DNA of 43,783 bases from Polaribacter sp. (GCA_051277175.1 JBNMOF010000001.1:1-43783); one strand, 5' to 3'. Positions 17,918 through 27,148 are shown, counted from the first letter of the stretch. The notes: generated by a model not told the origin, from the sequence alone. Numbers and translations: made by a program.

Positions 17918-20602
17918 ATGAAAAAATATATAATCTTGGTTGCGTTTTGTTGCACAGTTTCTTTTAATGCTCAAGGTTTAAGAACTTTAGGAAAGAAGAT
18001 CATTAACTCAAGCTCAGAGGAGGTATTGCTAAAAGGCGTTGGTTTAGGTGGATGGATGTTGCAAGAAGGCTACATGATGAATTCTTCTGGAGCAGCGGAT
18101 ACCCAATATGAATTTATAGAAAAACTTACCGCTTTAGTGGGGGCTGAGAATACTGCAGAATTTTATTCCAATTGGCGTCAAAACTTTGTGAGGCAGCAAG
18201 ATGTTAATACAATTGCAAGTCTTGGTTATAACAGCATTCGATTGCCAATGCATTATAATTTGTTTACCCTACCGATAGAAGCAGAACCTGTATTAAATGA
18301 AAATACGTGGCTGACGACTGGTTTTGAGATGGTTGATGAACTGCTAACCTGGTGTGAATCTAATCAAATTTATTTGATTCTAGATTTACATGCTGCTCCT
18401 GGTGGCCAAGGAAAAGATGCAGCGATTTCTGATTATGACGATACAAAACCTTCTTTATGGGAAAGCGAATTTAATAAAAGTAAAACAGTTGCTTTATGGG
18501 GGAAACTAGCGGAACGTTACAAAGACAAACAATGGATTGGTGGTTATGATTTGTTAAATGAAGTAAACTGGCCTTTAGGAACAAATGTACTTCGTGATTT
18601 ATACATTCGAATTACCAATGAAATTAGAGCAGTAGATGCTAATCATATCCTTTTTATTGAGGGAAATGGCTTTGCGAATGATTTTTCTGGTCTCACCCCG
18701 CCTTGGGATTCGAATATGGTCTATAGTCCACATAAATATTGGACGTATAACGATACTGCTTCTATGCAGTGGGTTTTAGACATAAGAGAAGAGCACAATG
18801 TGCCACTATGGCTTGGAGAGTCTGGTGAGAATTCTAATGTATGGTTTACAGAGGCTATAAACTTATTTGAAGATAATGATATTGGTTGGGCTTGGTGGCC
18901 TTGGAAGAGAATTGAAACAATTACGTGCCCTTATTCCATAAATTCGAACTCCAATTATGAGGCTATTATTAAATATTGGAAAGGGGAAGGACAACAACCT
19001 TCTGTGGTTGAAGCTATGCAGGGTTTAACCCAATTAACAACCGACTTATTGTTAGATAATAATGTGTATTATAAAGATGTTGTAGATGCTGTTTTAAGAC
19101 AGCCGCAAGATGAAACTCACATTCCATATGCAAATCATCAAATACCAGGGGTGGTTTATTTGTCAGATTATGACTTAGGAACCAATGGTATTGCCTATTA
19201 TGATGTCAACTATGCAAATTATTCCCTTTCAGGAGAACCATATGAAGCTTGGAATTCAGGATGGGCTTATCGTAACGATGGTGTAGATATTCAGACAAAC
19301 TCAGACAATACAAATAGCAACGGATATCATATAGGGTATACTAACGACAAAGAATGGTTAAAATATACGGTAGAGGTTGCAGAAACGGGTTTCTATACTA
19401 TTAATTTCAGATATGCTACAACGCAATCTGGAGCAAAAGTAAAACTCTTTGTAAATGATGTCGATATTGCTGGAAATGTGAATTTAGGGAATAGTGGCGG
19501 TTGGAGCAATTTTGTAAACCATACTATAGAAAACGCATATTTAGAAGCTGGAGATCAGGTTTTAAAAGTTCAAGTTGATGGAAATTCAGAATTTAATATG
19601 AGTAGTATTGAGTTTTTAAAATCGACAACGGTTCCCATATTTAAAGAGTTAGGTTCAAGCACGAATAATGACGAAAAATCTATTAAACTTGTTTTAAATC
19701 AACCCATAAATGAGTCTGTATTATCAAATGATTTATTTGAGGTGAAAGTGAATAATGAAATAGTAACACTCGCATCAGTGGAACTAGAGACCAACAGTAG
19801 TAGAGTGCTTACCATTAATTTAAATACTTATTTATTTTATCAAGATATTCTAAGCTTAAGTTACAAGGGTAGTAGTATAACGTCTATTTACAATACTGTA
19901 TTAAATAAGTTTTCGGAATTAAATGTGGATAATAATTTAATGACGCGACTTCAAATTCCAGGAAAAATAGAGGCAGAAAATTTTTCAAGACAGGTTGGAT
20001 TAGAAACGGAAAACACTTCAGATACAGGTGCAGGGAAAAATATTGGGTATACAGATGCAGGGGATTACTCTGAATATTTAATTTATATCGCAAATACGGG
20101 CAACTATGATCTAAATATTAGGTCTGCTGCGCAGTGGAACTCTGGAAAGATTGAATTTCAATTAATGAATAACAGCACAGAAGAAAGTCTTTCCATTGTT
20201 GATCTTCCGGTTACTGGTGGTTGGCAATCTTGGCAAACTACAAATGTACCAACAATTTTAAACGCAGGTATTTATACGTTGAGAATGAAAGTATTGATAG
20301 GTGATTTTAATCTGAATTGGTTTGAATTTGAATTTATAAATAGTTTGAGTATTGCCACTTTTATGAAAAATACGCTTGCAGTATTTCCAAATCCGGTTTC
20401 AGAACAATTAAAAATAGAAGTAAACAATCAACAACGTATTAAACGTATTAAAATTATCGATGTTAATGGACGTATTGTAAAAAAGATGCAACCAAAGACG
20501 CAAGAAGGAGTGTATAAGGTCTCAAGTCTTAAGCCTGGGGTCTACTTTTTGCTGGTAGACACCGAATATGGAAGTTATCAAAGGAAATTAATTAAAAACT
20601 AA
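17918..20602 (+). CDS. GH5 glycoside hydrolase (GH5_46-like) with two CBM6-like modules, an Ig-like domain and T9SS CTD
   Basis: GLGGWMLQEGYM, NSIRLPMHY, ILDLHAAPGGQ, GYDLLNE (acid/base), LWLGESGEN (nucleophile); CBM6-like EWLKYTV..GGWSNF and GKIEAENF..TGGWQSWQT; VFPNPV CTD. Confidence 0.9.
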   Translation: MKKYIILVAFCCTVSFNAQGLRTLGKKIINSSSEEVLLKGVGLGGWMLQEGYMMNSSGAADTQYEFIEKLTALVGAENTAEFYSNWRQNFVRQQDVNTIASLGYNSIRLPMHYNLFTLPIEAEPVLNENTWLTTGFEMVDELLTWCESNQIYLILDLHAAPGGQGKDAAISDYDDTKPSLWESEFNKSKTVALWGKLAERYKDKQWIGGYDLLNEVNWPLGTNVLRDLYIRITNEIRAVDANHILFIEGNGFANDFSGLTPPWDSNMVYSPHKYWTYNDTASMQWVLDIREEHNVPLWLGESGENSNVWFTEAINLFEDNDIGWAWWPWKRIETITCPYSINSNSNYEAIIKYWKGEGQQPSVVEAMQGLTQLTTDLLLDNNVYYKDVVDAVLRQPQDETHIPYANHQIPGVVYLSDYDLGTNGIAYYDVNYANYSLSGEPYEAWNSGWAYRNDGVDIQTNSDNTNSNGYHIGYTNDKEWLKYTVEVAETGFYTINFRYATTQSGAKVKLFVNDVDIAGNVNLGNSGGWSNFVNHTIENAYLEAGDQVLKVQVDGNSEFNMSSIEFLKSTTVPIFKELGSSTNNDEKSIKLVLNQPINESVLSNDLFEVKVNNEIVTLASVELETNSSRVLTINLNTYLFYQDILSLSYKGSSITSIYNTVLNKFSELNVDNNLMTRLQIPGKIEAENFSRQVGLETENTSDTGAGKNIGYTDAGDYSEYLIYIANTGNYDLNIRSAAQWNSGKIEFQLMNNSTEESLSIVDLPVTGGWQSWQTTNVPTILNAGIYTLRMKVLIGDFNLNWFEFEFINSLSIATFMKNTLAVFPNPVSEQLKIEVNNQQRIKRIKIIDVNGRIVKKMQPKTQEGVYKVSSLKPGVYFLLVDTEYGSYQRKLIKN

Positions 20603-20636
20603 ATAGAACCAGAAGGAAAATAGCGCCATCGCGGGT

Positions 20637-20682
20637 CCTTGTCTCTTTGTTATACATTTAAAAAAAAATAAGACAGGGTTTT
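20637..20682 (+). terminator. Imperfect hairpin between GH5 and GH16 (weak terminator or stabiliser)
   Basis: CCTTGTCT (20637-20644) pairs with AGACAGGG (20671-20678), followed by TTTT. Confidence 0.35.
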
Positions 20683-20734
20683 CAGTTCTTTTAAAATGCG
20701 TGAAAAAATATAATAATTCAATTAAACAGTTTAT

Positions 20735-21601
20735 ATGAAAAATAGATATTATTACTATTTGTTAAGTTTTTTTACGTTCGGAATTCTTATAACAAGTTGT
20801 AAAATAAAAGATAAAAAAGATTTAATAAAAGCCGATGTAGCTTCAGTTTGGAAAATTGATTTTATAGATGATTTTGACACTTTTAACGAGGATAACTGGC
20901 AAGATCAGCGCATATGGGTGAACAATGAAACACATTGTTATGTTCCAGAAGGGGAATTTGGTACGCGCGAAGTTAGCAACGGCTCGCTCAAGTTAAAGGT
21001 GATAAACACAGGAGAGAAAAAAGACTGCGATAATTTAGATAAAAATGGAATTCAGCATCCTGCTACACAATATGTAGCAGGTAGAATAGCCTCTAAAAAT
21101 AAAAAGGAATTCATTAAAGGAAAATGGACGGCTAGATTGAAGCTAGGAAGTAACGGAAAGCCAAGTATGTTTCCTGCTTGGTGGATTTTGGGCGCACAAA
21201 ATAACGAAGCACCAGTGCAAGAGGCAGATGAAAATATTTGTTGGCCATTAACTGGATCTGGAGAAATAGATATTTTTGAACACCACGGTGATCACCAAAA
21301 AAATCATTTTACATCGGGAGCAATTAAAAGTTTAGAGGCTTGTGATAAAGGAGATTGGTGGAGCTTACGAAAAGGTTTTGACGTCACTTTAAATGAATAT
21401 CATACCTATGCTGTTGAGTGGGAAAAAACTGATTTGGTATACCGTGTTGATGGTAAAGAAATATATAGAAATATTGGACAAGGCGCTAAATACCCTGAAA
21501 AAATGTTTGCGATCTTAAATTTTGCTAAAATTACAGATGCACCTATGGAAGGTGAATGGGTGATGGAAGTAGATTGGGTAAAACATGAGTTTAGACAATA
21601 A
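20735..21601 (+). CDS. GH16 glycoside hydrolase lipoprotein (probable endo-beta-1,3-glucanase)
   Basis: Lipobox ITSC; FIDDFD; MFPAWWILG; catalytic GEIDIFE; YHTYAVEW; MEVDWVK. Confidence 0.88.
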   Translation: MKNRYYYYLLSFFTFGILITSCKIKDKKDLIKADVASVWKIDFIDDFDTFNEDNWQDQRIWVNNETHCYVPEGEFGTREVSNGSLKLKVINTGEKKDCDNLDKNGIQHPATQYVAGRIASKNKKEFIKGKWTARLKLGSNGKPSMFPAWWILGAQNNEAPVQEADENICWPLTGSGEIDIFEHHGDHQKNHFTSGAIKSLEACDKGDWWSLRKGFDVTLNEYHTYAVEWEKTDLVYRVDGKEIYRNIGQGAKYPEKMFAILNFAKITDAPMEGEWVMEVDWVKHEFRQ

Positions 21602-21614
21602 TTTATATTAAAAT

Positions 21615-23099
21615 ATGATGTTTAAGAATTTAAAAGTAATAGCTCTTTTAGCACTGCTTGTTTCTTGTTCAGAATCAGAGGTTAAAGAAGCATATAAGAA
21701 AGAAACCCTATCTAAGAATTCTGAAACAGACTTCAAGAATAAAACGCTTCAAGTATATACAACGGCAAAAGATACTGAATTAAGATTGACAAAAACAAGT
21801 ACGCAAATATTTAAAAAGAAGGTGCAACCTTTAGAGACGGAAGTCGCTATTTTTGTAAATCCAAAGAAAACTTTTCAGGAATATTTAGGTGTTGGAGGCG
21901 CCATTACGGATGCCTCATCCGAAGTTTTTGCGATGTTAGATCCTGTTCAACAAAATAAATTATTACAATCTTTATACGGTAAAGACGGTATTGGTTATAA
22001 CATAATAAGGACAAGTATTCATAGCAGTGATTTTGGTCTAGGAAGCCACACATACATCGATGAAGGGGATGCCCAGTTGAAGACTTTTTCAATTGAGAAG
22101 GATAAGCAAAAAAGAATTCCTTTTATAAAAAGAGCCATTGCTTTAATTAAAAAAGAAGATTTGGTTTTTTATGCAAGTCCTTGGAGTCCGCCAGCATTCA
22201 TGAAAACGAATAACAATATGTTGCAAGGAGGCAAGTTACTTCCAGAATTTCGTCAATCTTGGGCGGATTATTATGTGAAGTTTATAAAAGCGTATGAAAA
22301 AGAAGGTATTCCTGTTTGGGGATTAACTATTCAAAATGAACCAATGGCTGTGCAAAGGTGGGAGTCTTGTATTTATACAGCAAATGAAGAACGAGATTTT
22401 CTAAAAAATTATTTAGGACCTACGTTAGAAAAAGCTGGTTTAGGAGACAAGAACATTGTTGTTTGGGACCATAATAGAGACTTAATTTCAGACAGAGCTA
22501 ATACTATTTTTGAAGATCCAGAAGCATCTAAATATGCCTGGGGGATAGGTTTTCATTGGTATGAAACATGGACAGGTGGTTTGCCTAAATATGATAATTT
22601 AAAAAATATTAAAGAATCTTTTCCTTCTAAAAATCTATTATTTACGGAAGGCTGTGCTGAAGGCTTTAATTCTGAGAAATTACAGTTTTGGCCAAATGCA
22701 GAACGGTATGGGAATTCTATGATAAATGACTTTAATAGTGGTGTTGTTGGTTGGACAGATTGGAATATTTTATTAGATGAAAGAGGCGGTCCAAATCATG
22801 TTCAAAATTTCTGTTTTGCACCAATTCATGCCAATACAAAAACAGGAGTATTAACATTTACACCAACTTATTATTACATTGGCCACTTCTCGAAATTTAT
22901 AAAGCCGGGCGCTTTACGTGTAAGTACAACAACTAGTAGGTCGGCAATAGAAAGTACCTCTTTTAAAAATAAAGATGGAAAAATTGTTACCGTAGTCATG
23001 AATAAAACAGATTATAAGATTGGCTATAAATTGATTGTTGAAAATAGCGAAACATTTTTAGAAATAGAACCGCGTGCAATGCAGTCTATTATTTACTAA
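21615..23099 (+). CDS. GH30 glycoside hydrolase lipoprotein (probable beta-1,6-glucosidase/glucanase, laminarin debranching)
   Basis: Lipobox LVSC; GGAITDA, IHSSDF, ASPWSPPAFMK, TIQNEP (acid/base), FHWY, FTEGC (nucleophile), WTDWNILLDERGGPNH, YYIGHFSKFI. Confidence 0.92.
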   Translation: MMFKNLKVIALLALLVSCSESEVKEAYKKETLSKNSETDFKNKTLQVYTTAKDTELRLTKTSTQIFKKKVQPLETEVAIFVNPKKTFQEYLGVGGAITDASSEVFAMLDPVQQNKLLQSLYGKDGIGYNIIRTSIHSSDFGLGSHTYIDEGDAQLKTFSIEKDKQKRIPFIKRAIALIKKEDLVFYASPWSPPAFMKTNNNMLQGGKLLPEFRQSWADYYVKFIKAYEKEGIPVWGLTIQNEPMAVQRWESCIYTANEERDFLKNYLGPTLEKAGLGDKNIVVWDHNRDLISDRANTIFEDPEASKYAWGIGFHWYETWTGGLPKYDNLKNIKESFPSKNLLFTEGCAEGFNSEKLQFWPNAERYGNSMINDFNSGVVGWTDWNILLDERGGPNHVQNFCFAPIHANTKTGVLTFTPTYYYIGHFSKFIKPGALRVSTTTSRSAIESTSFKNKDGKIVTVVMNKTDYKIGYKLIVENSETFLEIEPRAMQSIIY

Positions 23100-23127
23100 A
23101 TTTACTTTTTTTAAATTCAAAAAAAAC

Positions 23128-24672
23128 ATGAATAATAAGACATACACCATTTTTATAAGTTTTATAGTTGCACTAGGAGGATTCCTTTTTGGTTTTGACG
23201 CAGGAATTATTTCTGGAGTAATGTCTTTTGCGGGTCCCGAATTTAATTTAAATGAAATACAATCTGGTTGGGTAGTGAGCGCCCCTTCATTTGCAGCAAT
23301 GTTTGCGATGCTTTTCTCAGGGCGAATAAGCGATTTAATTGGACGAAAGAAAACACTTATTTTTGTTGCTTTTTTATATGCAATTTCTGCAACGTTATCT
23401 GCCATGGCAGGTTCTTATGAAATGCTATATATCGCAAGAATTATTGGAGGTATTGCATTTGGTGCGGCATTGGTTTTAGCACCAATTTATATTGCAGAAA
23501 TTTCAACAGCAGAAAATAGAGGCAAGTTGGTTTCTTTGCAACAACTAAATATTGTTTTTGGTTTTTTTGCGGCATTTTTAAGCAATTATTTTTTCAATAA
23601 ATACAACACAATCGATAGTGCATTTTTAACTGATGAAAACGTTTGGAGATGGATGTTAGGAGTAGAGTTAATTCCTGCAATCATATACTTTGTTTTCTTG
23701 TTTTTTGTTCCTAAAAGTCCGCGTTGGTTGTATTTAAATAATGATTTTGCAGAAGCAAAAAAAGTTTTAATTAAAATTCATGGTGTTGATCGCGGAAGCG
23801 CAGAGATTGCTGCGATCGAAAAAAATATACATTCAGACGAAAATAAATCTAAATTAAAAATTAAAGACTTGTTAAAACCATCATTACGTTTTATTTTAGT
23901 AATAGGTTTAGTTGTTGGTGTATTGCAGCAAATTACGGGTATTAATGCAGTGTATTTCTACGCAACCTCTATATTTAAACAAACAGGTATTGGAACAGAT
24001 GCTGCTTTCTCATCAGGAGTTTTATTAAGTACAATTTCGGTAATTTTCACTTTTGTAGCTATTTATTTAATTGATAGAATGGGCAGAAGACCATTGTTGT
24101 TAATTGGTACCGCGGGTATTGCAGTTAGTCTATTGGTATGTGCTTATGGTTTTAATGAGGCAACATATCAATTATCAAAAGAAGAAATCAATCAATTTGA
24201 GTTTTCTGATGCTGAAAAACTACTCCCTTTTGCAGATAAGTTATATGACAATGATGTCGAGTTTAAAAATGAATTAAAAGAGGTTTTAGGTACTAAAATT
24301 TATAGTAAAAATGACGGTGCTATTTTAGAGGCAGCAACAACGATTAATGCGAACTTAATATTAATAGGTATTTTAGGTTTTATAGCCTGTTTTGCTTTTT
24401 CATTAGGTCCTGTAATGTGGGTGCTTTTATCGGAGTTGTATCCTATAAAATACAGAGGTTTGGCAATTGGTGTTATTGCTTTTATTAACTCTTTAATAAG
24501 CTCTTTGGTACAATTAGTTTTTCCTTGGGAATTATCTAATTTAGGAAATGCCTTAACTTTTTTCTTATTTGGTGCAGTAGCTTTCATAGGATTCTTTATC
24601 CTGTTAAAAATACTACCAGAAACCAAAGGAAAATCTTTAGAGGAATTAGAGCTAGAATTAATAAAAAACTAA
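23128..24672 (+). CDS. MFS sugar porter
   Basis: ATG 23128; GGFLFGFDAGIISG, DLIGRK, YIAEIS...RGKLVSLQQL, PKSPRWL, QQITGINAVYFY, DRMGRRPLL, PETKGKSLEE. Confidence 0.95.
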   Translation: MNNKTYTIFISFIVALGGFLFGFDAGIISGVMSFAGPEFNLNEIQSGWVVSAPSFAAMFAMLFSGRISDLIGRKKTLIFVAFLYAISATLSAMAGSYEMLYIARIIGGIAFGAALVLAPIYIAEISTAENRGKLVSLQQLNIVFGFFAAFLSNYFFNKYNTIDSAFLTDENVWRWMLGVELIPAIIYFVFLFFVPKSPRWLYLNNDFAEAKKVLIKIHGVDRGSAEIAAIEKNIHSDENKSKLKIKDLLKPSLRFILVIGLVVGVLQQITGINAVYFYATSIFKQTGIGTDAAFSSGVLLSTISVIFTFVAIYLIDRMGRRPLLLIGTAGIAVSLLVCAYGFNEATYQLSKEEINQFEFSDAEKLLPFADKLYDNDVEFKNELKEVLGTKIYSKNDGAILEAATTINANLILIGILGFIACFAFSLGPVMWVLLSELYPIKYRGLAIGVIAFINSLISSLVQLVFPWELSNLGNALTFFLFGAVAFIGFFILLKILPETKGKSLEELELELIKN

Positions 24673-24673
24673 A

Positions 24674-26068
24674 CTACTTTCCAATACAAAAATTCCCAAA
24701 GATATGTCCTAGAATATCTTTGTCCACATCATAATCTCCAGTAATAGCGCCTAAGTGGCGCAAGCACTCTCTAATATCAATAGAGAATAAGTCTGTAGAG
24801 ATTTCTAAGTCAATTCCTTCCTTTACAGACATAATTGCAATTAAAGCGTTATTCAGAGCTTCAAAATGACGAGAATTGGTCACAATAGTTTCATTATTAC
24901 TCAAAGCACCAATATTTACAAGAGACGTTAGTTCAGATTTTAAATCGTCTAAACCTATTTTATTTTTTGCTGATAATAAAATTAAATGCTCAATTTCAGA
25001 TTCAATTATGTCTGTTTCTTTGCTAGATAGAGTGTCCATTTTATTCGCAATTACTAATAAACGTTTGTTTGGAAAGCGCGTTTTTATAGTTTCAATTTCT
25101 GATAAAAATGCTGACTTATCCCTCCCAAATTTATTGGAATCAATTAAGAAAATAATCAACTGTGCATTGTCTGCTTTCTCGTATGCTTTTTTAATCCCGA
25201 TACTCTCAATGATGTCTTTGGTTTCTCTAATTCCTGCAGTATCTATAAATCGAAACGCAACACCATCTATAATTATTTCATCTTCAATAGCATCTCTTGT
25301 GGTACCCGCAATCTCCGATACAATTGCTTTTTCTTCATTTAATAGCGCATTTAACAACGTAGATTTTCCTACATTGGGTTCACCAATAATAGCAACAGGA
25401 ATTCCATTTTTCATCGCATTTCCAAAAGAGAAAGAATCGATTAAACGTTTTAAAACAAAAGTTATTTTTGCCACCAATTCCTTAAACTTTGTTCTATCTG
25501 CAAATTCTACATCTTCGCCAGAAAAATCTAACTCTAATTCAATTAAAGCGGCAAAATCTAATAATTGCGCTCGCAATTCTTTTAATTCATTGGTGATACC
25601 ACCACGCATTTGCTGAATTGCCATTTGATGACTTGCGGCAGAATTAGAGGCTATTACATCTGCAACAGCTTCCGCTTGGCTCAAATCCATCTTTCCGTTT
25701 AAAAAAGCGCGCATTGTAAATTCACCATTATCTGCCATTCTAGCTCCTTTTCTTAGAAATAACTGAATAATTTCTTGCTGTATAAAACGAGAACCATGAC
25801 AAGAAACTTCTACTACATTTTCTCCCGTATAAGAATTTGGATTCTTAAAAACAGACACTAAAACTTCATCTAGAATAATGTTGTTCTCTAAAATATGACC
25901 CAAATGAAGAGTATGTGTTTTCTGGTTTTTTAAGGTTTTATTTTTTTTGATAGCTTTGAAATTGGCATCTACCAAAAGAATAGCATTATCACCAGAAAGT
26001 CTAATTACAGAAATTGCGCCAATACCAGAAGGAGTAGCTAAAGCAATAATAGTGTCGTTTTGAATCAT
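24674..26068 (-). CDS. mnmE: tRNA modification GTPase MnmE (TrmE)
   Basis: DTIIALATPSGIGAISVIRLSG, SYTGENVVEVSCHG, GEPNVGKSTLLN, AGTTRD, DTAGIR, FCIGK end; start placed at MIQND (26068). Confidence 0.98.
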   Translation of the reverse strand: MIQNDTIIALATPSGIGAISVIRLSGDNAILLVDANFKAIKKNKTLKNQKTHTLHLGHILENNIILDEVLVSVFKNPNSYTGENVVEVSCHGSRFIQQEIIQLFLRKGARMADNGEFTMRAFLNGKMDLSQAEAVADVIASNSAASHQMAIQQMRGGITNELKELRAQLLDFAALIELELDFSGEDVEFADRTKFKELVAKITFVLKRLIDSFSFGNAMKNGIPVAIIGEPNVGKSTLLNALLNEEKAIVSEIAGTTRDAIEDEIIIDGVAFRFIDTAGIRETKDIIESIGIKKAYEKADNAQLIIFLIDSNKFGRDKSAFLSEIETIKTRFPNKRLLVIANKMDTLSSKETDIIESEIEHLILLSAKNKIGLDDLKSELTSLVNIGALSNNETIVTNSRHFEALNNALIAIMSVKEGIDLEISTDLFSIDIRECLRHLGAITGDYDVDKDILGHIFGNFCIGK

Positions 26069-26072
26069 CCAA

Positions 26073-26080
26073 CAAAAATA
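26073..26080 (-). promoter_or_regulatory. -7 element TATTTTTG 4 nt upstream of mnmE ATG
   Basis: Minus strand reads TATTTTTG-TTGG-ATG. Confidence 0.6.
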
Positions 26081-26094
26081 CATAAGATTTTTTC

Positions 26095-26130
26095 AAAAAA
26101 TAAAAAGCTTAACACAAAATGTGCTAAGCT
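26095..26130 (-). terminator. Intrinsic terminator (minus strand)
   Basis: Minus strand AGCTTAGCAC-ATTTT-GTGTTAAGCT then TTTTATTTTTT; the G-U pair is only satisfied on this strand. Confidence 0.7.
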
Positions 26131-26304
26131 CTTTAGAAAATTGTAGGGGCAATTTAGATACTCGAAGGGATACTTTATTACTTCAAAAAATACGGGCAAC
26201 ATCTTCAAGGATATTGCATGTATTCTTGTTTTTGGATTATATTTAGAACCGAATAAAAATTGTTAAAAGGCTTTCTTTTAATATGCTAAAAATAGGAAGG
26301 TGAA

Positions 26305-26805
26305 TTATTTAACAAAACTCGTATTTAATTCGTCTTTTGTGCTTTTTGACCAAGCATTTAATTTCCATGTAGATTTTTCTAACTCTCTAATGTAAGCGCC
26401 AATTAGATCAATAGTGCCCTCATCCTTCGCTTTATCTGCTCTATTACTTACTTTGCTTAGTTGTTCAATTAATATTTTGTGATCTTCTATTATCGTTTCT
26501 ACCATTGCAACGTCGGTTAATAAAGGGCTAGATTCTTTAATTCTAGAGACTTCTATATAATCAGAAAGTTTACTAATTGGATGGTATTTTAAGGTAATAA
26601 TCCGCTCAGCAACTTCATCAATCTTTATTTTTGTGTCGTCATACATTTCTTCAAACTTGTTATGTAAGTCAAAGAAATTTTTTCCTAAAACATTCCAATG
26701 AAAATTTCTTAATTTTTGATAGTACACATGATAGTCTGCCAATAAAATATTTAATTCTGTTACAACTGGTAATATTTTATCTTTATTTATATTTAAGTAA
26801 TCCAT
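26305..26805 (-). CDS. dps: Dps family DNA-protection during starvation ferritin-like protein
   Basis: LNILLADYHVYYQKLRNFHWNVLGKNFFDLHNKFEEMY, DEVAERI, DEGTIDL, LEKSTW; start at MDYLN (26805). Confidence 0.95.
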   Translation of the reverse strand: MDYLNINKDKILPVVTELNILLADYHVYYQKLRNFHWNVLGKNFFDLHNKFEEMYDDTKIKIDEVAERIITLKYHPISKLSDYIEVSRIKESSPLLTDVAMVETIIEDHKILIEQLSKVSNRADKAKDEGTIDLIGAYIRELEKSTWKLNAWSKSTKDELNTSFVK

Positions 26806-26810
26806 GTAGT

Positions 26811-26839
26811 CTCCTATTTTTAAATTCACCACAAAGGTA
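26811..26839 (-). promoter_or_regulatory. dps promoter -7 element TACCTTTG (26839-26832) and SD-like AGGAG (26815-26811)
   Basis: Minus strand TACCTTTGTGGTGAATTTAAAAATAGGAGACTACATG. Confidence 0.6.
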
Positions 26840-27148
26840 CAAGCAATCATAAGTTTGTTTTTGCTCAAATGGTTTTGATCTTAACTCAAATACTTTTTTA
26901 TTAAAAAGTAAGCACCTTATTTCTTAAAACAAAACGAGTAAAATTGGGCACTAACAACCTTACAGAAGTTGTATTTAGTATGGGTAGGTAAAATTGTTAT
27001 TGAACGGAGATACTTAATTTTGAATTGCAGGTTAGGTAGTTTGATCGCCAAGATGTCTCATGAAAGTATTTTTTTTTGAATACACTTCTATAGTATACCA
27101 AATTAAGATGAAGGCATTTTTTAGTTCAGACTTCTTTAAACTTACTTT

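Noticed and set aside
24876-25616. 246-aa plus-strand ORF
   Set aside because: Entirely antisense to mnmE in the mirror frame; typical codon-bias shadow.
26891-26910. Palindrome TACTTTTT-TATT-AAAAAGTA upstream of dps as an operator
   Set aside because: Almost purely A/T and expected by chance in this genome; no match to a motif I can name.
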